64,000 nt of DNA from assembly GCA_040386535.1 (NCBI GenBank), contig JAZKFH010000046.1:1-64000 (forward strand), written 5' to 3'. Below the pieces are notes generated by a model. It was not told where the DNA came from, did not search any database, and was given only the letters and a program-made list of their open reading frames with translations. A program made the position numbers and the translations under genes. Of the stretch, positions 10,241 through 21,397 are shown in pieces. This DNA comes from Myxococcota bacterium (GTDB lineage Bacteria; Myxococcota_A; UBA796; SXON01). Position 1 is the stretch's first letter. Each line of letters starts with the position of its first letter.

Positions 10241-12468
10241 TGGAACACGGCTCGTCCGAGATCCGCTCGACCTCATCGCCCCTTCACCGATCGGTGGCAC
10301 AGATGCCTTCCCTCGCTCGATCCTCCCCGCGAAAGCTCTCCCGGCTCGACCAGTTGGTGCCCGTGGAGCTGCGGGGCTCGCCGACCACGCGGATCCGCGC
10401 GATCGTCGGGATCGTGTTTCCGCTCGTGTACCTGTTGCTCGCGACGATCGAAGCGGTCGGCTACGCGGGCGATGGGGCCTGGCTGACGGCGAGCCTGATC
10501 GCCGCGACGATCCCGATCATGGCGGCGGCCCCCTGGCTGCTCCTGCGCTGCCGCTCGTTGGAGCTGAGCGCGCACGTGTCGGCCGCCGTGTTTCTCACGC
10601 TCATCGTGGCGGGCTCCTATGTCCAGGGAGGCACGGACTGGCGCTCGCTCATGTACCTGGGCCCCGTGGTGCTCTACACCCTCCTCCTCGGCGGCGTGCG
10701 GCCCGGGGCCACCTGGTTCGTCGTGGGCGTCGTCGCGATCGCATCGCTGTTCGGCCTGTCCATGGGCGGCTACCCGTTCCCCGTCGCCGAGACGAATGGG
10801 TCGCCGGCGATCGACCTGATGGAGCTCCTGATGCTCCCCACGATGGTCTTCCTCGTGGCCTACATCTACCACCACGTCAACGCCTCGGTCCTGGCCGAGC
10901 TGAACGAGACTTCGGCCGCGCTGATCCGCATCCGGGAGGGGCTCGACGACGCCCAGCGGATCGCCCAGGTCGGGAGCTGGGTGTTCGACGGGCGAACCAG
11001 CCGTCTGACGCTGTCCAAGGCGCTGTTCGGGCTGCTCGGAGAGCCGCTCGGCCCGCCGATGCGCATCGAGGACGCGTTGGTTCGCGTTCACCTCGACGAT
11101 CGGGCGGTCCTGATGACCCTGTTCGAGGGGGTCTGCACGTCGGGCGGTCGGGCCGCGGCCGACGTCCGCATGGCGCGCTCCGACGGCGCGGCGCAGGTGC
11201 TCCAGTTCATCTTCTCGCGGGAGCCCGATGTGGACGGCGGGCCGCTGATCGTGGCCGGCACGTGCCAGGACGTGACCGACGCGAGGACGGCCGAGAGCGA
11301 GCTCATCCGGGCGCGGGAGCAGGCCCTGGTCGCCTCCGAAGCCAAGTCCCAATTCCTGTCACACATGAGCCATGAGATCCGCACCCCGATGAACGGGGTC
11401 ATCGGGCTCACGTCCCTGGCGCTCGGCACGCCGCTCGACGCCGAGCAGCGCGAGTACGTCGAGGGCGCGCGCACCGCCGGGCTGAACCTGCTCACGATCA
11501 TCGACGACATCCTCGATCTGACCAAGGTCGAGGCGGGGGAGCTTCGGACGGAGCAGATCCCGTTCTCGCTGCAGAAGGTGCTCGGAGAGGTGATCGAGGT
11601 CGTCGGCCACGGCGCCCGGCAGAAGGGCCTCAGCGTGTGCCTGGAGATCGATCCCGCGCTGTCGCGGACATTCCTCGGGGACCCGGTGCGCGTGCGGCAG
11701 ATCCTGCTGAACCTGGCCGGAAACGCGGTGAAGTTCACGGCGAAAGGCTCCGTGCTCCTGCGCGCCGGCGCCGACGTCGACCGCCCCGGCGCCCTGCGGA
11801 TCCTCGTGGCGGACACCGGGCCGGGCATCGACGCCGACGCCCTGCCGCGCATCTTCGAGTCGTTCCAACAGGCGGACCTGTCGACGACGCGGCGCTTCGG
11901 CGGGACGGGGCTCGGCCTCACCATCTCGCGCAAGCTCGCCGAGCTCATGGACGGGCGCCTCTGGGGCGAGAGCGAGGTGGGCGTGGGGAGCCGCTTCTCC
12001 CTGCAGCTCCCGCTCGAAGTGGTGGCGGGGCCCGAAGCGGTCGAGGCCGCCGCCGCCGTCGTGTCTCCCGCGCGCTCGCTGGTGGTGCTCCTGGCCGAGG
12101 ACAGCGCGGTGAACTCGCTGGTGGCGTCGCGGTTGTTGGGGCGGGCGGGCCACCGGGTGATCCAGGTGAAGAACGGCCGGGAGGCGGTGGACGCCGCGCT
12201 CTCGGAGCCGATCGACGTGGTGCTGATGGACGTGCATATGCCCGAGCTGGACGGCCTGGAGGCCACCCGGCTCATCCGCCGCCACGAGGCGCTCCACGGC
12301 GGCTACCTGCCGATCGTCGCGCTGACGGCCGGTGCCATGAAGGGGGACGACGAAACCTGCTATGCGGCGGGCATGGACGCCTTCCTGTCCAAGCCGCTCG
12401 ACCCGCGTCGCCTCGAGGCGGCCGTGCTGGCGAACGCGGAGCGGAAGCGGATGGCGCCGGGGGTGTAG
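10237..12468 (+). CDS. Hybrid sensor histidine kinase, tandem paralog of the upstream gene
   Basis: Same H, N, G boxes and receiver domain; start uncertain (10237/10240 or 10303). Confidence 0.92.
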   Translation: MMEHGSSEIRSTSSPLHRSVAQMPSLARSSPRKLSRLDQLVPVELRGSPTTRIRAIVGIVFPLVYLLLATIEAVGYAGDGAWLTASLIAATIPIMAAAPWLLLRCRSLELSAHVSAAVFLTLIVAGSYVQGGTDWRSLMYLGPVVLYTLLLGGVRPGATWFVVGVVAIASLFGLSMGGYPFPVAETNGSPAIDLMELLMLPTMVFLVAYIYHHVNASVLAELNETSAALIRIREGLDDAQRIAQVGSWVFDGRTSRLTLSKALFGLLGEPLGPPMRIEDALVRVHLDDRAVLMTLFEGVCTSGGRAAADVRMARSDGAAQVLQFIFSREPDVDGGPLIVAGTCQDVTDARTAESELIRAREQALVASEAKSQFLSHMSHEIRTPMNGVIGLTSLALGTPLDAEQREYVEGARTAGLNLLTIIDDILDLTKVEAGELRTEQIPFSLQKVLGEVIEVVGHGARQKGLSVCLEIDPALSRTFLGDPVRVRQILLNLAGNAVKFTAKGSVLLRAGADVDRPGALRILVADTGPGIDADALPRIFESFQQADLSTTRRFGGTGLGLTISRKLAELMDGRLWGESEVGVGSRFSLQLPLEVVAGPEAVEAAAAVVSPARSLVVLLAEDSAVNSLVASRLLGRAGHRVIQVKNGREAVDAALSEPIDVVLMDVHMPELDGLEATRLIRRHEALHGGYLPIVALTAGAMKGDDETCYAAGMDAFLSKPLDPRRLEAAVLANAERKRMAPGV

Positions 12469-12514
12469 CGGGCGCGGTGGGTTGTCGGGGCGGATTCGGC
12501 GCGTAGTTCCTGCC

Positions 12515-13161
12515 ATGCGCTGGCTCGGCCTCCTCCTTCCCCTGCTGTCCGCGGCTCCGCTCGGTGCGTGCGGCGGCTCCGGCCCCGGGCCCGCCACGGC
12601 CCTGGCGTCGCTCCCACCACCCGCCTCCGGTGATCTGCGCCCGCCCGAGGTGTTCGACGCCATCCCCCGGCGGGCCGACCGCTCGGCCGTGTTGTTCCTG
12701 GAGATGAGTCGCGTCCTGTTGCACCCGCGGTGTGTCAACTGTCACCCCGACGGCGACGTGCCCCACCAGGGGATGGCGGGTGCGCTGCACGACCCGCCGG
12801 TGCTCCGCGGCGCCGATGATCACGGCATCCCGGGGCTGGAGTGCACCTCCTGCCACCAGGACCACAACGTCGACCTCGCGCGCGTGCCGGGGGCGCCCGC
12901 GTGGCACGTCGCGCCCATCGAGATGGCGTGGGTCGGCAAGAGCCCCGCACAGATCTGCGAGCAGATGAAGGACCGCGAGCGCAACGGCGGCAAGACGCTC
13001 GACCAGATCGTGGAGCACAACGCGCACGACGCGCTGGTGGGCTGGGGCTGGGCGCCGGGAGATGGCCGCGAGCCCGCGCCGGGGACCCAGGCGCGCTTCG
13101 GCGAGATCACGGCGGCGTGGGTGGCGACCGGCGCGGCGTGTCCGCCCGAGGAGGCGAGGCC

Positions 13162-13165
<4 letters not shown>
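12515..13165 (+). CDS. Secreted diheme cytochrome c subunit associated with isoquinoline 1-oxidoreductase-type operons
   Basis: Signal peptide/lipobox [12 protein letters not shown] and CTSCH heme motifs; overlaps the next gene (ATGA). Confidence 0.8.
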
Positions 13166-13631
<466 letters not shown>

Positions 13632-13635
<4 letters not shown>

Positions 13636-15920
13636 CACACGATCCGTTGAGCCGTCGCGGGTTTCTCGTGGCGATCCAACTCGCCGCCGGCGGCCTCGCG
13701 CTGGGGCTCGTGCCCGCGCCGGGGCTCGCCGCGGAGCCGAGCGGGCGCGTCGGGGAGAAGCCCAGCCACGCCGATCCCGCCGAGGAGAAGACGGCGCCCG
13801 GGCTGAACCCCAACCCGCTGGTGCACGTGGGCCTCGACGGCGTCGTCACCATCGTGTGCGCGCGCTCCGAGATGGGTCAGGGCGTGCGCAGCTCGCTGCC
13901 CGTGCTCATCTCCGACGAGCTCGGCGCGGACTTCGCGCGCGTGCGCATCGTGCAGGCGGACGGCCACCCCAGGTACGGCGACCAGAACACCGACGGGTCG
14001 AGCAGCGTGCGCTCGTTCTTCGACGAGCTGCGGCTCGCCGGCGCGACCGCCCGCGTCATGTTGGTGGCAGCGGCCGCCAGGCGGTGGAAGGTCGCGCCGG
14101 CCTCGTGCACGACACGCGACTCCCTCGTGGTGCACGTCCCGACGGGGCGCACGTTCGGCTTCGGCGAGCTCTCCGCCGAAGCGTCGAAGCTGCCGGTCCC
14201 CAAGCCGTCCAAGGTGGCCCTCCGGCCGCGTGCCGAGCTCGCCCACCTCGGCGGCTCGCCGCCCCTCGTCGACGGTCCCGCCGTCGTCACCGGCGCGGCG
14301 CTGTTCGGCGCCGATCTACGGCTCGCCGACATGCTCGTCGCCGTGATCGCACGGCCCCCGGTCGTCGGCGGCAAGCTCGTCCGGTTCGACGCGACCGCGG
14401 CCCTCGGCGTGCCCGGCGTGCGACACGTCCTCGCGATGCCCACCCCCAAGGCGCCCTTCGCGTTCCAGCCCTGGGGCGGCGTGGCCGTGCTCGCGGACGA
14501 CACCTGGGCCGCGCTGCGGGGCCGCGAGGCGCTCGTGGTGGAGTGGGACTCCGGCGAGAACGCCACCTATGACTCCGCCACCTTCCGCGACGTGCTCCTG
14601 GCCTCGGTCCGCGCGCCGGGCGTCCCCCTGCGCAACGTCGGCGACGTTGACGCCGCCCTGGCCAGCGCCGCCCAAGTGATCGAGGCCGAGTACCACGTGC
14701 CCCACCTCGCGCAGATGCCCATGGAGCCGCCCGCCGCGATCGCCCGGGTGGCCGGCGGCCGCTGCGAGATCTGGGCCCCGACGCAGAACCCCCAGGCCGC
14801 GCGCACCGACGTTGCCAAGCTGCTCGGAATCCCCGAGGACGACGTGGTGGTGCACGTCACGCTCCTCGGCGGCGGCTTCGGGCGCAAGTCGAAGGCCGAC
14901 TTCGTGGCCGAGGCCGCGTTCCTGGCACGCGAGGCGGGGGTGCCGGTCCGCGTGCAGTGGACCCGCACGGACGACATCCAGCACGGGTACTACAACACCG
15001 TGAACACCCAGCGTCTGGTCGCGGGGCTGGACGCGGCGGGCACGGTCGTCGCCTGGCACCAGCGCACGGCGTTCCCCCCGATCGGCGCCACGTTCGGGCC
15101 CCAGGACGTGCCCGGCCTCGACGATCTGCAGCAGGGAGTGCTCGATCTCGCGCTCGCCGCGCCGAACGTGCGCGCGGAGGCGTGTGCGGCCGAGGCGCAC
15201 GTGCGCATCGGGTGGTATCGCTCCGTCTACAACATCTTCCACGCCTTCGCGAGCGGCTCTTTCATCGACGAGATCGCGCACGCCCGCGGCCAGGACCCGC
15301 GCGACACCTGGCTCGACGTCATCGGGCCCGCGCGCATCCTCTCGCTCCAGGACCTCGGCGTCGAGAAGCTCACCAACTACGGCGCTTCCCTCGAGACCCA
15401 CCCCGTCGACGCTGGCCGGCTGCGTCACGTCATCGAACGTGTCACCCAACTCTCGAACTGGAGCCAACGCGTCGGCGCCGGCCGGGCCCTTGGCCTCGCG
15501 GCCCACCGCAGCTTCCTCTCCTATACCGGCTCTGTCGTGTCGGTGGTGCGTGACCCACGGAACAAGGTGCGTGTCGACGAGGCGTGGATCGTGATGGACG
15601 CCGGCACCGTCGTGAACGCCGACCGCGTGCACGCCCAGCTCCAGGGCTCCGTCGCCATGGGCATCAGCAACGCGCTTTTTGGTGGCATCACCATGAAGGC
15701 GGGTGCCACGCAACAAACCAACTTCCACGACGCGCGGTTCGCCCGCATCGGCGACGTGCCCCGTCAGATCCACGTCGAGATCGTGCCGAGCGAGGGGCCG
15801 CCGTGCGGCGTCGGCGAGCCCGGCGTGCCCCCGGTGGGGCCCGCGATCGCGAACGCCGTCTTCGCGCTCACGGGGGAGCGGGTGCGGGAGATGCCGCTGC
15901 TGCCCGCGCTCCGCGGCTGA
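13632..15920 (+). CDS. iorB: Molybdopterin-binding large subunit (IorB-like), Tat-exported
   Basis: SRRGFL Tat motif, [35 protein letters not shown]. Confidence 0.92.
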
Positions 15921-15955
15921 CCCCGACGCTCCGGGGCTGAGCCCGCGCGGTCGAG

Positions 15956-16888
15956 CTACGCCTTGGCCTTGGCGCCGCGCATCCGCCCGACCACCCGCTG
16001 CCCGCCCGTCACCACCGCGAGCGCGATCGCGCCCGCCACGATGCCGACGATCCCGTTCGCGAGCATGGGGATGAGGCCGCCGAGCACCCCGCCCGCCTGC
16101 TCGGCGAAGTGCTCGATGCCGTGGCCCACGGGCGGGATGCCGTGCGTGAGGATGCCGCCGCCCACCAGGAACATGGCCGCCGTGCCCGCCACGGAGAGGA
16201 ACTTCATCAGGTAGGGCGCGGCCTTGAGGATGCCGCCGCCGATGGTGCGTTGCAGCTTGCCCGCCTGCTGGGTGAGGTACAGCCCCAGGTCGTCGATCTT
16301 GACGATGCCCGCGACCAGGCCGTACACGCCCACGGTCATGACGACCGCGATGCTCACGAGCACCGACACCTGGGTCACGAACGCCGCCGTCGCCACCGTG
16401 CCCAGCGTGATGGCGATGATCTCGGCGGAGAGCACAAAATCGGTGCGGATCGCGCCCTTGATCTTCTCCTTCTCCAACGCCACCAGATCGACCTTCGGGT
16501 CGGCGAGCGCCTGCAGGAGCTCCTCGTGGTGGGCCTTGTCCTCGGCCGGGTCGTGCAGGAGCTTGTGCGCGAGCTTCTCGACGCCCTCGTAGCAGAGGAA
16601 CAGGCCGCCCACCATGAGCAGCGGGGTGACGCCCCAGGGCGCGAACGCGCTGATCGCCAGCGCCACCGGCACCAGGATCACCTTGTTCATCGCCGAGCCC
16701 TTCGCCACGGCCCACACCACCGGCAGCTCGCGGTCGGGGTCGACGCCCGTGACCTGCTGGGCGTTGAGCGCGAGGTCATCACCCAGCACGCCCGCGGTCT
16801 TCTGCGTGGCGACCTTGGTCAGCACGGCCACGTCGTCCAGGATGGTGGCGATGTCGTCGATGAGGGCGAGCAGGCTGCTACCGGCCAT
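15956..16888 (-). CDS. DUF808 (YedI-like) membrane protein
   Basis: [50 protein letters not shown]. Confidence 0.9.
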   Translation of the reverse strand: MAGSSLLALIDDIATILDDVAVLTKVATQKTAGVLGDDLALNAQQVTGVDPDRELPVVWAVAKGSAMNKVILVPVALAISAFAPWGVTPLLMVGGLFLCYEGVEKLAHKLLHDPAEDKAHHEELLQALADPKVDLVALEKEKIKGAIRTDFVLSAEIIAITLGTVATAAFVTQVSVLVSIAVVMTVGVYGLVAGIVKIDDLGLYLTQQAGKLQRTIGGGILKAAPYLMKFLSVAGTAAMFLVGGGILTHGIPPVGHGIEHFAEQAGGVLGGLIPMLANGIVGIVAGAIALAVVTGGQRVVGRMRGAKAKA

Positions 16889-16980
16889 TGGGCCTTCCTG
16901 GGGTGCGGGGGTCGGGGTGCGGGGGCGGTCGAGGCGCAGCCTATCTCGGTGGGCGGCGCCGACGTCCGTCGGGATCGGCC

Positions 16981-17146
16981 GGGCGCACCCCGCGCGGCGC
17001 GGGGCGGGGGCCTTGCGGGGTCGGGCTCGCGCCCTCCGTCGCCGGCTGCGGGCCGGCGGACTGGCGCGGGCGGCGGACGCCTGCGTGGCCTCCGGCCCCC
17101 GGCTCGGGCGCGCCCGCGCCACCCTCCAGGCCCCCTTGCGCGGGGT
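16981..17146 (-). repeat. Dispersed structured element, copy H (subtype shared with 59900-60050)
   Basis: Reverse complement reads GCGCAAGGGGGCCTGGAGGGT-hairpin-AGTCCGCCGG..CCGGCGACGGAG-hairpin-ACCCCGCAAGGCCCCC-hairpin-GCGCCC. Confidence 0.65.
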
Positions 17147-17245
17147 GGGGTTGGGCTTGGGGATGCTTGGGTGGATGTGGGGGGCGCGCGTTGTCTGGGG
17201 CGGTGACGGCACGCAGGTGCGCTCGGTCGTCACGGAAGGAGCGCG

Positions 17246-17396
17246 ACCGTCCGAGGTCGGAGGATGCGCTCACATCCCCTTACTTCAGACGGTATATCCG
17301 TCCGAAGTCGAGGGGTGAGCGTCCATCCTCTCACTTCGGACGGTATATCCGTCCGGGGTCGGGGGATGTACTCTCATCCCCTCACTTCGGACGGTG
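17246..17396. repeat. 51-bp-period palindromic array (REP/REPIN-like), ~3 units
   Basis: CATCC starts at 17273, 17324, 17375; hairpin ACTTCGGACGG-TATAT-CCGTCCGAAGT. Confidence 0.85.
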
Positions 17397-17550
17397 AGCT
17401 GATCGAGTGCACCCCCGGCGACCATGTTCTCGAGGACGGACTTCAATAGGTACATTGCCCCGACCGCATCGTACGGGCCCTGGTCGCGGCCGTAGTGTCG
17501 TAGCGCCGCCTCCAGGGGTTCGAAGGCGATGATCGGGCACCCACGCAGGC

Positions 17551-17672
17551 GCGCGAGGGCACCGGAGGGCGCGCCGCCGCGGCGCGGTCCGGCGGCGGGT
17601 CCGCCCGCCGCCGACCGAGCGGAGCGAGCCCGCAGGCGACCGGTCCCTGGCGTCCCCGCCAGGGATGCGCCC
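17551..17672 (+). repeat. Dispersed structured element, copy C
   Basis: GCGCGAGGGCACCGGAGGGC..CGGTCCGG..CCGACCGAG..GAGCCCGCAGG..hairpin..GCGCCC. Confidence 0.7.
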
Positions 17673-17721
17673 AGGAACACCGCCGCCACGCAATCCCAGC
17701 CGATCGAGTATCCTCCCCGCC

Positions 17722-20010
17722 ATGCGCCTCCTGCCCCTCCTCGCCCTCCTCGCCTGCCGCCAGGATCCCGACGACTTCGTCCCCAAGCCCGATACGGCGG
17801 GCGCCGATGACACCGCGGTCGACACCGATGACACGGACGACACCGATGACACGGACGACACGGACACCGATGACACCGACGACACCGACATCGTCGAGGA
17901 CGTCGACGCCGACGGCTTCACCGTCGCCCAGGGCGACTGCGACGACGAGGATGCCGCTCTCTTCCCAGGCGCTGACGAGGTGTGTGACGGGCTCGACCAG
18001 GACTGCGACGGGGTGGTCGACGAGGGCGTGACCGGCACGTTCTGGGCCGACGCGGACGGCGACGGCTACGGCGATCCCGCCACCTCGGTCGAGGCCTGCG
18101 CGGGCGCGGCGGCGAACGACGACGACTGCGATGACACGCGCGCCGACGTGAACCCGGCGGCAACGGAAGTGTGTGACGACGTCGACAGCGATTGTGACGG
18201 GGCGGTGGACGAGGAGGGCCTGACCCTCTGGTTCACGGACGCCGATGGTGACACGTTCGGGGACCCGACGACCGGCGCCCTCGATTGTGCGCCGGAGGGC
18301 CGCGTCGCGAGCTGGGAGGACTGTGACGACGCCGACGCCGCCGTGTTCCCCGGCGCGACGGAGGTGTGTGACGGCGTGGACCAGGACTGTGACGGCGGCG
18401 CCGACGAGGGCCTCACCAGCACCTGGTACATCGACTACGACAGCGACGGGTACGGGTCGGACGCGTACACCCGCGGCGGGTGCACCCAGCCGGACGGTTA
18501 TGTCGCCGCGGACGAAGATTGTGATGACACCGAAGGCGCGATCAACCCCGGCGCGCCCGAGGTGTGCAACACCTGGGACGACGACTGCGACGGGGAGATC
18601 GACGAGGACTCGGCCGCGGACGCCTCGACCTGGTACGTGGACGCCGACGGGGACGGGTGGGGTGACACCTCGTCGCCCGTCGTCGCTTGTGACACTCCGG
18701 ACGGATTCGTGGCGCCCGACGGCGACTGTGACGACACGGACGCCACGGCGTACCCCGGCGCGCCCGAACGGTACGACGGCACGGACGACGATTGTGACGG
18801 CGCCATCGACGACAACACGTGGGTCGGCACCGGCGCGGACGGCGCGCTCTCCGTCACCGGCGTGGTCGATCTGTCCACGGACGCCTCCGGGGACCGCGCC
18901 TACGCGGACGGGGCGTCCTACGTCGTGACCGCGCTCGGCGACGACACGGTCACGCTCGCGACGGCGGCGGGCGGGTTGGCGGCCGGCGACGAGGTGCTCC
19001 TTGTCAACCTCCAGGGCACGACCGCAGCCTACGGATCCGTCGGCGCCTACGAGTTCGGGTGGGTGGCCTCGGTGTCGGGGAGCACGGTGACCTTGGAGAC
19101 GGCGGTCGCCGAGACCTACGGCGCGGTGAGCAACGTGGACCTCACCGGGCAGGTCGTGACGCTCGTGCGCGTGCCGCAATACACCGACGTGACCGTCGGC
19201 ACGGCCGGGATGCTCACCACGGGCGCTTGGGACGGCGCCACGGGCGGCGTGTTGGCCTTCCGGGCCACTGGGACCGTGTCGATCGCGGCGGGCGGCAGCA
19301 TCGTGATGGACGAGGCGGGGTACGCGGGCGGATCGACCGGCACGTCGTACAACTACGACGCGTTCCAGGGCGAGTCCTACGGCGGAGAGGGCCAGGGCGA
19401 CGGGGCGATCGGCTACAACGAGTACCTCGGCTGGTGGGCCAACAACCTCGGCGCGGGCGGGGCGCACGTCACCGGGGGTGGTGGCAACCACGGGGGCGGG
19501 GCGACCGCGGGTGACAGTTGGAACGGCGGCCCGGCGACGCCGCCCGAGGCGGGTGACACGTACGGAGATGTCGACCTCTCCCGCCTGTTCCTCGGCTCCG
19601 GCGGCGGCGGCGTGTGGCGTGGCACTTCGTCCCCGGGGCCCGGCGGGGGCGGCGGCGGCATCGTGTTCGTAGGCGCGAGCGCCGTCACGGCAGAGGGCGC
19701 GGCGGCCCTCACCACGATGGGCGGGACCACGCCCTACTGGGCGACCGGCACGTGGACCTACGGGGCGGGCGGCGGCGCGGGCGGGAGCATCTGGATCGTC
19801 GCGGACACGCTCACGTTGGCGGCGGGCGCCATCGACGCGCAGGGCGGGCTCGGGGAGTCCACCCACATCCGCGCCGGTGGCGACGGCGGCGTGGGCCGCG
19901 TGCGCGTGGACTGTGTCGCCGTCAACGGGGCCGCGTGCGCCACGGCGTCCGGCGGCGCGGCGCTCGACACCGCCGCCGAACCCGACGCGGGCTACGTCTC
20001 GGCGCCCTGA
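17722..20010 (+). CDS. Lipoprotein with Cys/Asp putative metal-binding (MopE-like) repeats and a Gly-rich C-terminal domain
   Basis: LLAC lipobox, DT-rich linker, repeats DCDD..(F/N)PGA.EVCDG.D.DCDG, C-terminal GGGGG motifs. Confidence 0.85.
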   Translation: MRLLPLLALLACRQDPDDFVPKPDTAGADDTAVDTDDTDDTDDTDDTDTDDTDDTDIVEDVDADGFTVAQGDCDDEDAALFPGADEVCDGLDQDCDGVVDEGVTGTFWADADGDGYGDPATSVEACAGAAANDDDCDDTRADVNPAATEVCDDVDSDCDGAVDEEGLTLWFTDADGDTFGDPTTGALDCAPEGRVASWEDCDDADAAVFPGATEVCDGVDQDCDGGADEGLTSTWYIDYDSDGYGSDAYTRGGCTQPDGYVAADEDCDDTEGAINPGAPEVCNTWDDDCDGEIDEDSAADASTWYVDADGDGWGDTSSPVVACDTPDGFVAPDGDCDDTDATAYPGAPERYDGTDDDCDGAIDDNTWVGTGADGALSVTGVVDLSTDASGDRAYADGASYVVTALGDDTVTLATAAGGLAAGDEVLLVNLQGTTAAYGSVGAYEFGWVASVSGSTVTLETAVAETYGAVSNVDLTGQVVTLVRVPQYTDVTVGTAGMLTTGAWDGATGGVLAFRATGTVSIAAGGSIVMDEAGYAGGSTGTSYNYDAFQGESYGGEGQGDGAIGYNEYLGWWANNLGAGGAHVTGGGGNHGGGATAGDSWNGGPATPPEAGDTYGDVDLSRLFLGSGGGGVWRGTSSPGPGGGGGGIVFVGASAVTAEGAAALTTMGGTTPYWATGTWTYGAGGGAGGSIWIVADTLTLAAGAIDAQGGLGESTHIRAGGDGGVGRVRVDCVAVNGAACATASGGAALDTAAEPDAGYVSAP

Positions 20011-20032
20011 GGGCTACGCGAACCGGTGGGCG

Positions 20033-21247
20033 CTACCCGCGTGGGTCGCGCCGCCGGCCCACGATCGCCACCACCCCGACCGCGAGCGCCAGGAGCCCCG
20101 CCGGACCGCCGTTCCCGCCACAGGAGCAGGACTTCCCGGAGTCGAGCTCCTCGCAGGTGTCGATACACTTGTGGTTGAGCTTGGTGTCGTCGGCAAAGGA
20201 CGTCACCTTCGGCTCCGTGATCTGGGAGTGGTAGAGGGTGAGGTCCTCGTCGGCCTGCTCCGGGGTGTAGCGGGCGTGGATGCGCGTCAGGAAGTGCTGC
20301 TGGGGGCCGCCCACGAACCCGAGCGCGGCGAGGTGTGTCTCGTCGATCGAGACGTTGGAGCAGGGGTTGCAGTCGCCCCAGGTGCCGGCGTACTCGACCG
20401 TCCACGCCGCGTCGTCCTGCTCCGCCCAGAACGTGCGGAAGCGGTCCTCGTAGAAGGTCTCGAAGTCGTCCACCGCGGGGTCGCCCCAGATGCATTGGGA
20501 GGTGACGTCGAACTCGGGGTAGTTGGAGATTCCGGCCCGGCCGTCCGCGGTGTCGTTGATCGCGTAGATGACCATCTCCTGCTCGCCGGGCGAGTTGAGC
20601 GTTGCGAGGCGGAGCGGGATCGCGAAGACGTCGCTGTCGTATTGGATCTGGAGCGGAGAGAGCGGGGTGCCGTCGGCCACCGCCGCGGCGTCCGCCACCT
20701 TGGCCGCGAGAAAAAAGCTCCCCGCGTCGATGTACTCGGCGAGCCGGGGCTCGGCGCCGGGCGGCAGGTAGTAGCCGTTCTCGTCGAGCCACGTCCCGAG
20801 GGCGGTCGACTCCTCCGAGGAGAGGATGGTGATCTGGTACTCGCCGACGAGGTACTCGGCCTCGACGGTGACACCACCCCCGTCGTCGGGGGCGGAGGAG
20901 AGGTTGTAGTCGTTCCCGAGCGAAGGCCATTGGAAGGTGGGGCACCCCGCGTCCGCCACGTGGCGGGCCCCGGAGTAGGCGTCGAGCGTGGCGAACACGA
21001 GCGGATCCAACGTGCGGATCTGGCTCTCTTCCAAGAGCTCCGGCACCGGGAGCACCAGCGCGAAGCCCTGCCCCTCCCCGAGGGGGTTGATCGACACGGA
21101 GAAGGTCGTGGAGTTTCCCTGGCGGACGATCGCGACTTGCGCGGTCTCGAAGCTCAAGGGCGAGGTCGTGCCTGTCGCGATCGTGGGGCAGGCGTGGGCG
21201 AGGGGGGCCGAGAGGGTGAGAGCGAGGGAGAGCAACATCCCGAACAT
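20033..21247 (-). CDS. DUF2330-like exported protein with MYXO-CTERM-like C-terminal sorting tail
   Basis: Signal AHA-C, FALVLPVP, YQITILS..LGTWLDENGY, IPLRL; tail [23 protein letters not shown]. Confidence 0.75.
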   Translation of the reverse strand: MFGMLLSLALTLSAPLAHACPTIATGTTSPLSFETAQVAIVRQGNSTTFSVSINPLGEGQGFALVLPVPELLEESQIRTLDPLVFATLDAYSGARHVADAGCPTFQWPSLGNDYNLSSAPDDGGGVTVEAEYLVGEYQITILSSEESTALGTWLDENGYYLPPGAEPRLAEYIDAGSFFLAAKVADAAAVADGTPLSPLQIQYDSDVFAIPLRLATLNSPGEQEMVIYAINDTADGRAGISNYPEFDVTSQCIWGDPAVDDFETFYEDRFRTFWAEQDDAAWTVEYAGTWGDCNPCSNVSIDETHLAALGFVGGPQQHFLTRIHARYTPEQADEDLTLYHSQITEPKVTSFADDTKLNHKCIDTCEELDSGKSCSCGGNGGPAGLLALAVGVVAIVGRRRDPRG

Positions 21248-21296
21248 GTAAGCGTGAACCCTGGAGTTCGCGCTGAAATTCCTGGCGGGCCGAGCG

Positions 21297-21317
21297 CCTG
21301 GCTCAATCCTGGCTCAA
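21297..21317. promoter_or_regulatory. Putative transcription-factor box GGCTCA-N5-GGCTCA (11-bp period)
   Basis: CCTGGCTCAATCCTGGCTCAA in a divergent intergenic region; the same motif recurs at 32254-32281. Confidence 0.45.
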
Positions 21318-21397
21318 GGCGCTCGCTTCCGGAGCGATCCCCCACGCGCGGAGTAGCTTGGTCCGACCAAACGCCGCCTGCCGGCACCGGAGCAAGC

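Noticed and set aside
17246..17396. Mini-CRISPR array
   Set aside because: Only ~3 units, each almost wholly palindromic, with no spacer-length unique sequence.
19877..21397. Upstream extension of the HAF-repeat ORF
   Set aside because: Antisense to the DUF2330-like gene; the real start is ATG 21398 with RBS and signal peptide.
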